64,000 bases of DNA. Origin: Leucoraja ocellata (taxonomy: Eukaryota). Positions 52,591-63,913 of this stretch are shown one piece after another. The position numbers and the translations under genes are program-made. The stretch's first letter is position 1; each line of letters opens with the position of its first letter. The notes below the pieces were generated by a model, which was given only the letters and a program-made list of their open reading frames with translations, did no database searches and was not told where the DNA came from. The stretch covers positions 62,001 to 126,000 of the forward strand of contig JAWMAR010000283.1 of NCBI GenBank assembly GCA_036785375.1. The letters run 5' to 3'.

Positions 52591-53565
52591 AACAATTGAA
52601 CATGAATAGTGTTGTGACCCATCCACTTTTAACCAGCGAGGGTATTGGTAACTGGTCAGGATATTCGCAGAGAAGTGCCCAGACTGATATTTCAACTCAA
52701 AATACCGATAATGTCCTCACTATTTGCTGAATATATTAAGACAACTTGATGACTGATTTTGCCTGTACATTGGGAAAATTATTGGCATCCTCTTTTTAAT
52801 CGGTAATATGAATGCACTTTAAACATTTGAATCCATTATTAAGATTGCATGCAAACAGATCTTGCAGGTATTTTTCTAATCGTGGTTTAGAATTCGGGTC
52901 TATTACTGGTTTATTACTGAAACCAAACGCAATGTTTCGTGCGATTTGTTGATTCGTGTTCACGGCAGTGTTGTTGGAATTTGCACTTTGCAAATAACAG
53001 GGTTTTAATAAAAAAAATAAAGTGAAACTGTGCTCCCATCCTTTCAAAGACGTCCCCTCTAAGCAGCGTACCGCACCAAGCATTACTCGGCTAAATATGC
53101 ATTTTATTGATAAACTATATGTGGACTAATTGCACAGGTAAACACGCCACCCCCGGAGACTCGACGGCACTATGGTTCGCTGATGTTCCAGAATATTAAC
53201 TTTCAGCTACGATGCCAAGGGCTGCTTTCAGGTACAATATCAGTAACTTTTGCACCGAAACAAACCGGTCATGCGATTTGCAACCAACCACCCACCCCTC
53301 CGAAGCCGTAGCTTGCAAAGGATCGGAGGGTTTGCGTTTGATTGTAAGCAGAGTCGCGATCGCACCTTGATATGTTTCCACACATGCGAGTTTGTTTGGA
53401 AATATAAAACCGCAATCAGTGGGAGGAAAAGCAAATAATCAAAACTATTTAGGATAGTTAAAGATAGATATTGAAACAAAAGTGTTGCATTTGCAAAACC
53501 TGCATCTACATTTTAACAAACTTGTGCATGCATTGTCTGATCGATTTGTAAGTGCATATTCCAGC

Positions 53566-53567
<2 letters not shown>

Positions 53568-53604
<37 letters not shown>
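53568..53604. repeat. (GT)18 microsatellite
   Basis: Read directly; followed immediately by E-box CACGTG (53605-53610). Confidence 0.97.
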
Positions 53605-53605
<1 letters not shown>

Positions 53606-53731
53606 ACGTGATTAAGAAGTAAAGCTGCCGCGATCGCTAGCAATAGGGAACGCGGCGATTGCTCTCACTCCCCCCCGCCCCATGTGCTCGGCTGCGGGTC
53701 AGTTTCACGGCTCGGCTCGGCGGCGCAGGCC

Positions 53732-53750
53732 CCGGCAGCAGGGGGCGCTC
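53732..53750 (+). promoter_or_regulatory. CTCF binding motif
   Basis: CCGGCAGCAGGGGGCGCTC matches the CTCF core CCA(C/G)(C/T)AG(A/G)(G/T)GGC(A/G)C at all but the first position. Confidence 0.7.
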
Positions 53751-56700
53751 GGAGGCCGCTGCCGCCGCTCGCTCTGCCCCGCTGCCCGCTGACTCCCCGT
53801 CTGACTCCCGAGCAAAGCCAAGATTGTTACTTACAGTTATCATGAGATCTTTATGCAATTAATACCCGCATTAGCCACCAACTACCCGCGGGATATTTAT
53901 AACCTTTTTTCCCCCTGCATTGAGGGATAAAAAAAATGAATGCTTGGTAGGAAATAACAAGGATTTGAAACGATAAATTATCAACATTTTTGCGCCTGTT
54001 AGTTCCGCTGGTTCGAACACGATTTATTTGCAGTGCCCTGCGACTCCCGGAGCTATAGACTGTGTTTATTTTCACGGAGTTGGTCAAATGTTGACAACCT
54101 TTTAAGCCAACATAACACCCAAGATTAGTGATGAGAAACTAATGAGGAAAGAGAGGGTCTTCATGCAAACCTCGCGCCTGGGGCTTCTAATTAAACCTTA
54201 GATTGGAAATAGCCAAGATTCCTCAGCCGCAAGCTGCAGGCTCAACTTTATCTCAAGTTTTAGACGATGCTCCTTTTATTTTATTTTTGCAAGATATATT
54301 TCCACCACCAAAGCAAAAAGGGAAGAAAACTGCAGCGTATTTTGCTGAGCGGGCGGTTCGATCCGTCGCTCTTGCCTTGAGCAAGTGTGATTTACTAATT
54401 AGAATATTTACATCATTAAGTCGAGGAGAGCGATGAAAAATATCCGTCACTCATTCTTCTCCAAGGTAGACGCACTGGAGAGCGTGGAACTGTCTCTAAT
54501 TCAAAAAGGCAGTCGGGCAGAAAAGGCTATGAACATTATCCTGCTAGTTATTAATCAGTACTTCTAATAGCCCGACGCTTTGCTTATTCCAGCAGACTTT
54601 AATATTTATTTGTAATATTGATTGTGAGTATCCTTCACACGAAGTGGCATACATTTTTGATTGGCCGTGTGCGATTTTATAAATCAAATTGCTAATGGGA
54701 ATTTTTTTTTAACTTTATTTGCATTTCTTTACAAAAAAACATATTTTGAATTCTCGGTTAAAAGACCGCAGTCGGATAGCGTGTATGCTTAATGAGTCAA
54801 TGCAACGGAAGCTTTTTGATGATATTCGTTCCCCTGCATTTCTTGACTGTGTTTGTTAAAACTCGAAGTCTCCTCAGAGTCAGAAATGTTACCTGCAAAG
54901 ATAGAAAATACTGAAAATAATAGCCGGGATTTTATCATTACCACCACCCCCTCCCTTGGGCCCTGGTCATCAAAAGCAAATAAGAGTTGGCATTTACGCA
55001 CTAGGGATAATTATGCAAAATATTTCGGAGCTTTCTGTGGGGAATAATCTGTTGACGCTTTTTTTTAAAATAACTTTTTCAGAATAAGAACGGAGGTACA
55101 GTAATCTGATTTATGCCGCCGGGAAATCCACATTTACTGATGAAGCTATGATTGCAGTTTAAGGAATACAGGGCTCTTTCAACATTCCTACCATTTGCCT
55201 CTTATCTTTACCCTAACGGTTTCAATTACGATGGCGCAGTACATTACAAACGCCGACATCCCGAATCATATTGTTTACATCCACATTGCAAGGTAATGTA
55301 TTGCAAAATGTCTTCATATATAATCCGTTGGATAAAAGCTTATCCAGCCTTCTTAAACGGATAAAGGAGATAAAAACGTGATTCAAGTCAGATCTGTTCC
55401 CCGCAAGCCTCAATTGAATGGCTTACATGATAGAGGTTGTCCTTTGCACTGGTTTCAATATTTCTCAGTGCGTTTCCCTATGTTGTTACACGCATACCTC
55501 TTTCCCTGTAAAGGTGTTGCTCCAGAACAGAGACAAATACAGATTGACGTCACTTATATTGATGTATTTTATGACCGATACACACTCCTATCAGTTTCAA
55601 TGTGTATCGTTTCCATTACTTCTTAATGAATCGTGCTGTGGTACCCGAAATGTAACGATATACAATGTTCCTATCGTTACCCACCGGGAGATAATCCACG
55701 GTGTTCATGGTAAAATGATGAGAGTCCAATTTGTTAGGGGGGGATGAGGTGTGGACTGATTTTGAAACCGATATATAATGTGTAGGCTGAAGAAAGAATG
55801 AACTGGAAGCGAAGAAAACCTGGTCTTAAAGACATTCTGACATTTCCGGGAACAATCAAAATAAGCTTCGTTGCACAGCGGAAAAAATACCAATAAGTCT
55901 ACAAGGTTCATCTTGGGTAAACATGAATCATAATTTACCATACCGACGCATATATAAAGATTCTAAAGCACATTGTGGCGAATCTGAAATTTGGATTTAA
56001 TACAAACTTATAGCAAACCTCAGTTTCCCCATTGCCAATTCTTGCTTCTGACGGCTTCTGACTGAATGCAATTCGTTGTTAAATGTGATCGCACAACAGA
56101 TGCAAAACTTATTTTTTTTTAAAAGGACGAAAGGTACTCATTTTTATCTGCATTACATTGATTTCGCTTAAGGGAAGCGACATTGAATGGTAATAATATA
56201 GACACAGTGTCCACCATGTGCGACAAATATCCATCGCAGATTTTTTCGGTAGGATTTCATTCACAGACAGCAACATGGTCCAAAAACATAGTATTAATCC
56301 GATATTTGTCTGCGCTGGCGCTTTGGACCAGCAATCTAATTAGGATGTATTTTCAAGTGTAACTTGTCACAAAGTCAAACTTGTCGATTAGTATCAATAA
56401 TTTTGAAAAAGAAAGATTCGCATTCGTTCTCAACTGGTAAATATTTTATGGAAATTTATCAAAGTACCCCCGAGGCCAAAAAAGAAACCTTTCTTAAAAT
56501 AATTAAAGAATACACACACTTAGAGAGCGGTTGGAATCAAAGCTGACATTTTAAAGCACAACAAAATGTATTTCAGACAATCGTGCATATGTACAGCGGG
56601 GGTCACACAAGTGCAGTCGGAGCATTTATTTGCATTGATTTAGTCGGACTCTGAGATAATAGCAAGTATCCTCATAGAAAGCGTTCACAGGTAATTTGTC

Positions 56701-56899
56701 ATAACTTCCGTGAGAGGCGGTAACACAATCCGAATTGATTCTTTTTCTCCTGTTCATATTGGTTATCTGCGGACTTTTTCAGACGTCGGAATAGTAACCT
56801 TGGATTTCTGAAACTGAGGCTGAATCCAAATGTGAATTGAGTTTGTAAAGAATTTTTTTTTTTGCTTATCTTTTGAAAAGAGTAAAGAAGTTTTTTTTT

Positions 56900-57130
56900 G
56901 TTGGAGGCGTTCGCCGATTATCCCATGCCTGGCTCCCGTTTTCATTGATCATTCCATATGAGATAATGCAATTATAAACATCAATAGGAGGTTGCTGCGG
57001 GAATCATTATCTGGTGACAGTGATAAATGATCTCCAGAAATAGCGGCGTTTTCTCTGACCCACTCTGGGCTCTAGGGGTTGTGATACAAGGAGTCTCCAT
57101 AGTAACATGTTTACAGCTAAAATGGTTGGT
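56900..57130. promoter_or_regulatory. Candidate enhancer with adjacent MEIS and PBX-HOX sites and an RFX X-box
   Basis: TGACAG (57015-57020) directly abuts TGATAAATGA (57021-57030); GTCTCCATAGTAAC at 57093-57106. Confidence 0.6.
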
Positions 57131-57632
57131 TAAAAATTCCAAAATGCAGAAAAGTCTTTATACGGGCTATTCAAATTTACAACAGCTTTTTTTTTCTCCT
57201 TTGCTGGTTTTAAAACATTCTTAAATGTAAACGAGTCTGTAGCAAAATAAATTAAACGCTATTGCTTGGTCATTTATTTCAGTATAATTTATTTGGGTCT
57301 GGCTCTGGCAATCAATTCTTAAGAAATGTGATGACTTTTCTTGTTTTTTTAAATGTGAAAAAATATAGTTTTGCATTTGCAGTTGTCAATTATGTAAATG
57401 GTATTTTTGTTGGACTTGGCTTTTTTATAGATTTCCTCCCTTAAATTACTTTAGTGGAACTGCTTGTTTCATTTTAATCAATTTCCCCAAGAATACATTC
57501 AGCCGTGGAGTCGATACCAAATCTTTATCAAACTTTCCGCTTTCTCAAATCCGACCAGACAATCGAGAGAACTGCTTCGTTTCCGTCAGCACAAAACCCC
57601 GTGCTCTGACGTGTTTTATTGTTCATGGACAA

Positions 57633-57652
57633 ATATATATATATATATATAT
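57633..57652. repeat. (AT)10 microsatellite
   Basis: Read directly. Confidence 0.95.
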
Positions 57653-58667
57653 CTGCTTTTGTAAAAGTGAAATCTTAAGTGTCCCACGTGCACATTTTAC
57701 TGACAAACAAATAAACCTCTGATAAAAAAATTGCACTCTGCTTGTTTGTTTTAAAAATCAGATAACAATATCCAAGAAGCAGGATTAAAACACACGGGGA
57801 GATGCAATAGAACGCCCTAATACCGGACTTATTCGGTATCCATGTGGTTTTAAATCTAAGAGCATCTGGATCTCGGGACCTTTTCAGAATTGAGCGACAA
57901 TGCAGTTGCTCATTTTGCATCATTCATTGAAATGTGTAACCCAGCCAGTATGTTATAGAAACATGTAGCAAATGGACTGCACTCCGCACAGGAGTCAGAT
58001 AGAAATATTTTGTTTAAATGTATTAATTACATGCACAACTGAAAATCTATTTACTCCAAGTAACGACGGGAGAACGCTCCGTGTCTCCCCCGCCCACCAT
58101 ATTTTAAAGGTCCCTTTCAGCAATAAAGGTAGAGGAGCAATATCTCACCTAATTGGGCGCAAGCACCGTTCTTTCAACCTGAGTTCTTGCGGCGGGGAGC
58201 CCGGCACTTTAATGGGGGGGGGGGGGGGGGTGAGGCGACACCAGCAGAACAGTAGGAGCATTCACAAATGCATTTGAATGCAGGGGGTTGATGAGGGGAA
58301 ATGTGGAAGCGAGGGTGGAAATTTGGCCTCCTCTCAAGATTGACCACTTTGTTTAAGACAAAAACAAAAAAAACCCTCACGTTTCTGGAGTAAATGAGTG
58401 AAAGGACGTTCTCATGGCATTTGGGAGACTCGAGCAAAGACATAAAGAGCAAAGAGTAAGCTTGAACCCGCGAAAAAGTTTAATCGCAGAGAGTGAGACC
58501 CGGGCTGGTGCAGAAAATGCAGCGTCTGTCCCGCAACTTTGCAGTTGCGACGTCGCCGGAGTCTCGGGTTGTGGCTGAACTGATGGATCCGGCAATGAAA
58601 TGATTGCCACCGAAGTTTTCTAAACTGGGGAGTTTCTAACACGTTCTAGCCGAACACCATCAAATGG

Positions 58668-58762
58668 TCAGACACAAATTGCTGGAGTAACTCCGCTGAG
58701 TTACTCCAGCATGGTGTGTGTTTTTGTTTGTGAAGCAGCCTCTGCAATTCCTCGTGTCTACA
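58668..58762. mobile_element. Fold-back Penelope-like remnant
   Basis: Perfect 14-bp inverted repeat TGCTGGAGTAACTC-CGCT-GAGTTACTCCAGCA (58680-58711), built from the same terminal sequence as 52525-52545. Confidence 0.6.
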
Positions 58763-59859
58763 TCAGATGGTCAGATTGCAAACCCCGAATTGCCGCAATG
58801 CCAACATAGTTCGCACAATTCAAGAGACTCAGCACATTATATAACGGCTAAACATCCACCCATTACCCTGTGCGGAACACGTGTTAATGGTATCAACCCA
58901 GGCTCTGAATGTTTTTAAATAAACTTTTATTAAGAAGCTCTGTAAACAAAAAGGAGAAACCTCCAGGGTTTTAGATACAATATAACTCACTTCAAATGTT
59001 GGCCAATCTGATTTTCCATATTTTCATAAATACCATAATTCCCTCCCCACCCACCACCACGCTGACTTTGTAAGAGTTCCCGAATAGTTTGGTTTCACGG
59101 CCGGAGGGGAAATGGAAAGAGGGAGATTCGGTTTGAAATTAACTTATACTGTACATCCTCACGCTGACTAGTAGATGGGAGGGGAGACTTCGAATGGGGA
59201 GAAGGTGTGCGCTGCCCCCTGAATTTAGTTTCCACGACTTTAACCAGTGAAAGCAAATCCAGGAATTTGTGACGGATGTAATCATTGCAACACGCAGAGA
59301 AAGTAAATTCTGCAAAGTTGGATTTGGCAGCTGGTATCATTTAATAAAAAGTATTTTCATGAAATCCCAAGCCTTTGACTAAGATATTGATAAATTTAGT
59401 AGGATTCTTTATTCTCTCCGTGAGTGTTGGTGTACAAAACGCTGTAGAACACTTAGAATTATTTTTTTTTGTACAGAAGATACCCTGTTTATATATTATA
59501 TAAACCCTCTTAAATACGCCACAGGTTTCTTTCAAATGAACCTAGGTTTCCCAGTTGCTGTTCTACAGAAAGGAAATAAATGTTTCCTTCTTTTAAATCG
59601 AACAGTGGCCATGTCTGAACAAGTGGCAAACATATCTTTCAAATATGACCATTTTCTGGGATTAAACATAAAATAAAAACCACATCAACTGCTTGCGAGC
59701 AGCAGCAGCAAATAATGTGAACCGTACAGGACTGAATGAACCCAACATTATATTAAAAACAAAAACAAGGAGTCCTGTAAATGCAGACACTTCTGGTAGA
59801 GTCCATTGGAAAGCCTCGAGAATGGTGAAGTCATTACAGGTGTGTTATCAAACAGAAAA

Positions 59860-60953
59860 AAAAAATCTAAAAATGAAATATTTATTACGGCATTTGTGAC
59901 TGAACACCTTTTAAACATACGTCACAGTCTTCATACAAGTACTTATGTCATCTGACAAAGCTCGCAAGGGTAACAGCATTTTCTTCTAGTGACACGTGCT
60001 GATAAAAGTAAGGAATTCATTGACATACAATACCAATTCCACAGCAGATTTGATACTAGCAAAACATTCGTTATTTCTCATTGAGGTAAACACATAGATA
60101 TCTAACATGTAACAATTAATATACTGAACTCTCTGTACCAAGTATGTTACAGTATTTTTTTTGTTGTCTTTGCTTGTTCCAAGCAGTTTGAGTTCATTTA
60201 AAAAGGTCTTTCTTTTGGTGCAAGACCAGCTAAAGGATATTTCATTTAAGAAAATTCCACCCAAGAGCATTCTGAATAGTTCGTGTGACAACATTTTCTC
60301 AATGCTGTGACCCACAGCCATAGGAGGAAGCCGCTACTTCATCTTCAGGGGTTCATCGAACAAGCTCTTTGAGGAAGAGTCAGTCCAGAACATAATCAGA
60401 CACAGGCCATTCATTTGGATTGAGCGGGCCTTATTTGATCCAGTAAAAATCAGTTATATGAGTGCATTCTTAAAACTTGTCACCTAGTGCTGCATCCAAA
60501 AAATCTCTTACGGATCTTCACTTTAGCTTCTTCCTCTATGGCAGCTTGGCTGGACTTGGGCAATCTGGTCGGAAACATGACTCCATTTGCTGTACGAGGA
60601 CAACCATTTTGGGAACAACACACATAGTGTGGAAAAAGGATAACTTTCTTTCTAAAAACTATTGGAAGCAACAGAAATAGAGTGATCAACAGAAATGTAC
60701 AAGTTTAACTTAGTTCCTATATTTATGCTACAGTAGTAATAAATCTTTCAGTCTTTTCCAGAGGAACTTTACATCGGAGATAAGTTCGGGTGAAGAATGC
60801 CTTTGGCTTCACGTCAGCCTTGGCCTGTCATTGGTCCTCTGTCGACGTTGAGAGAAAACAAAATCACAGCTCATCTGGAATTCCATTAAGTGTCAACATC
60901 TGTTGAAAGGTTAAAGTCTTACATTTGTGGTTTTCTTTTTTTATTCCCTTATA
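59860..60953 (-). other. MEIS2: MEIS2 3' UTR (minimum extent) with polyA signal candidates
   Basis: Follows the TAG at 60954-60956. Minus-strand AATAAA at 59881-59886 with a U-rich downstream tract; distal candidates at 59408-59413 and 58926-58931. Confidence 0.65.
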
Positions 60954-61240
60954 CTATTGGGCATGAATGTCCATAACTTGCCCCCCCACACTGGGGTCTA
61001 CAGGATTTAACATTGTGGGGCTCTGTGCTGACATTGGCATTCCAGGGTGAGGTGGGGGTCCACCATGCATCATCATGGCCGGGTGATGTGGGTGACTTGG
61101 GAGATAGGGATGCATTGGGGGTCCATGTCTTAACTGGGCAGGGTGTGGGGTCATCTGGGGAGGAGTGTAACTTGGCTGTGCCATACTCATACCCATAGGA
61201 CCACCCTGAGATACATAGTCCCCTGGCATGCCTTGTAAAC
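60954..61240 (-). CDS. MEIS2: MEIS2 terminal exon encoding the long C-terminal tail
   Basis: Acceptor GTCTTTTCAG|GT, phase 1. (G)LQGMPGDYVSQGGPMGMSMAQPSYTPPQMTPHP...VGGQVMDIHAQ-TAG is near-identical to the recalled vertebrate MEIS2 long tail. Confidence 0.97.
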
Positions 61241-62963
61241 CTGAAAAGACAAGAATAAACAAACACAATGTGTTAACATTAAGAAATAATTCTGCAAAAG
61301 CATATCCTTATGTCTCATTACTGGTTATTTGTACATGTCTCGACACATCATCTCTATACGCATTGGATTGCAGTAATATTGATGTATTACGTATCACTGT
61401 ATTACATAATCGCATGTGTTTTATAATAATAAATCACACTGGACAAGTCAAAATGATTAATTTAATCACCATGTGTTCAATTTTACTCATGGGTCACAGG
61501 TTCATGAAAGAATGGAGGATCAAGTTTCGGGCAGAAAAAATACAGGAAACAATAGAAAAAGTGAAAATTAAGTAGAACCAGAGAAGATGTTATTAAAAGG
61601 AACACGGCAAGTGGTCAGGAAGGCATCAATGTGAAGAAAATCTCTTGCACGGGATCTCTCTTTTTCGTACATGCAATGTCTCCTAATTGTTTTTTAAAAT
61701 GTCTTTTTAGGAAATTCGGTGAAATTATTTCATTGCGTTATTCGAAATGTTTCAGGTGGAGTTGTGTATTATGATCAGACTGCCGCTACAGATCTAGCTT
61801 TGCAGCGCCAAGGAAGTTGGGGAGAGGGTCAAACCTGAGAGCGTGGGATGTGGGCATAAGTGAGAACGATCTGTCAGTAAATGTCAATCAGATCATAGTG
61901 TCCGTTCATCTTGCTAGAATTAATTTTAATATCAAATGGCTATCAATATAATGTCTAAACCACAGGATATCAACTTTACCTCTATTCATCCACTTGAATT
62001 TGCCAACAGAATTGCATGCAGATGGTGTTTATACCATAAACTGGTAAACTGAAGTCCTATAAATTGTTGCCATTGTGTTAAGTGATTCTGCAGATTATTA
62101 GTAACCATGCTGGCATAACCATACTGAGACAATAATACAGTCTGCACCGTGTAATAAGTCCCACTCAGTCCTGTTTATTCCAGCACAGCAGCATGCTCAC
62201 TGGTTGATGATAATTAAGTACCAAATATACCATATTGTCTGGCTGCATAATCAAATAAAGGGAGGATAATATTGTTAGTATTAAGCCATTAATGTAATTG
62301 GTTATGAAGCATAAAATATGTTATGTAATTAAATAGGCCAGAAATTATATGGCCTACATTAAGAATTACCCAAGCTGAGAAAATGCTGTTTCAAATACTG
62401 TTTTAGGGAACGTTGTTTTCAACGTTCCATTTTGACTGCATTATAGAAATACTGTAAGAAGAAGGAAGGAAACTGACTGTAGCTGGTGCATCGTGGAAAC
62501 CCCCGCAAAGATCATACGTGAAACTATAAGATCGTATTTTATATAACCTGAAACAATCCTGTTAGGTGACTGCAAGGAAAGTCATTTTATTGACAGTAGA
62601 ATATACAACTTACAATACAAAAAGATTGAAGGCGATTTAATAACAAAATAATCTGCCACTCTTTTTAAATGTAAGCATTCGGCTCAGTGTGTGCAAGGAG
62701 TTTCAGTTATTAAATAAACCTTATGGTCGGATGCCTCAACGATGTGATGTATTGGTGTTTGCTGTATCCGAATCCCTCAAACATCACATGCATTGGACAC
62801 ACTCCATCTGATGGATTATTTAGACGGTAGCCAATCAGCTCCGCTGGCAATTCCATTCCTTCACTTGCAGTCATCTCTTAATATCTGCCACTGCTTCTTT
62901 ATACAGTTTCCTGACTCTTTTTTTATATATATCTCACACAGGAGGTGATGGATATGCCTAAAC

Positions 62964-62988
62964 GGGGGGGGGGGGGGGGGGGGGGGGG
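62964..62988. repeat. G25 homopolymer (poly-C in the MEIS2 pre-mRNA); a second run, G17, lies at 58214-58230
   Basis: Read directly. Confidence 0.9.
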
Positions 62989-63549
62989 TGGAACCTCAAT
63001 GAGGAATGTGTTGTGTTACCAGTGCCATACATACATCCAGACTATAGATTGCAAACCGCAACATTTCATCTTTACATAAGATAATTCATGCATCGATCGT
63101 TTCCTGACAGATTTATGTCACTCAAAGGACAGTCTCACTTCTTGCTTTCATCGTTTCATGAAGCCTGGTTAATTTCTCTTAAGTCAATTGGGTGCCCCGA
63201 AGATGTTTCTTTTCCCTTAAACGTCCCGATTGTTCATTCACTGCTCGCGTTTTTATTCGCTGTGCTCCATAATTAAAACAAATGGCTTTGCAGACCTCAT
63301 TTGCACTGTGTATGGTAAATGAGCTAGTTGACCTTCTGCAGTTTGCGGGATAGGGTTGAATGTTCATGGGGCAAACTATTGCACTGGGCCTTTGTTGGAG
63401 CAGCATGCAAGTACGGGCAAGGCAAAAAAAAAATTGGAGGAATGGGTGGGTGGGAATTTTAAAAAAATGTAACTACAGTAATAGATAGAATAAACAGCCC
63501 GGTCGTACTTACTTCCCCGGTGCTTTGCGATTGGTAAACTAGATGAAGG

Positions 63550-63645
<96 letters not shown>

Positions 63646-63913
63646 TCAGCAAGGTCGACTATTAGATAGTGAAAGAGACCCTTAAAAAAAAATTTTTTTT
63701 TTGTATTTTAGGATCCGTGGGGTGGACAAATTCCTCACAAATCTCTTGTCTGCAAGATTTGTTTCCCCATGGGTGCAAAGAAGACAGGCAAGGCAGGCAG
63801 CAGGCAAGGAGGAACCCCCTGTGATGATAGGGCATGAGAGGACATGTGGATGGGAGGGGGAGGGGAGGTGATGACGCTACACTTAGGGTGTGGGCCAAAT
63901 GCACTCAGCTTAC

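Larger units (their letters stand above)
52800..59300. promoter_or_regulatory. CpG-retaining domain below the MEIS2 3' end, with a GC-rich core at about 53625-53900
   Basis: 11 CpGs in 53221-53400 versus 0 in 51241-51420. CpGs stay frequent even in AT-rich stretches, and TEs are almost absent. Confidence 0.7.

Noticed and set aside
53637-53862. Ala/Gly/Pro-rich ORFs on both strands
   Set aside because: Expected artefacts of a GC-rich island; no coding signature.
60801-60806. miR-9 seed match in the MEIS2 3' UTR
   Set aside because: Only a 6-mer (CCAAAG) without m8 or A1 support.
61241-61268. N-terminal MCLFILVFS of the 104-aa ORF
   Set aside because: It is intronic polypyrimidine tract; the real exon starts at 61240.
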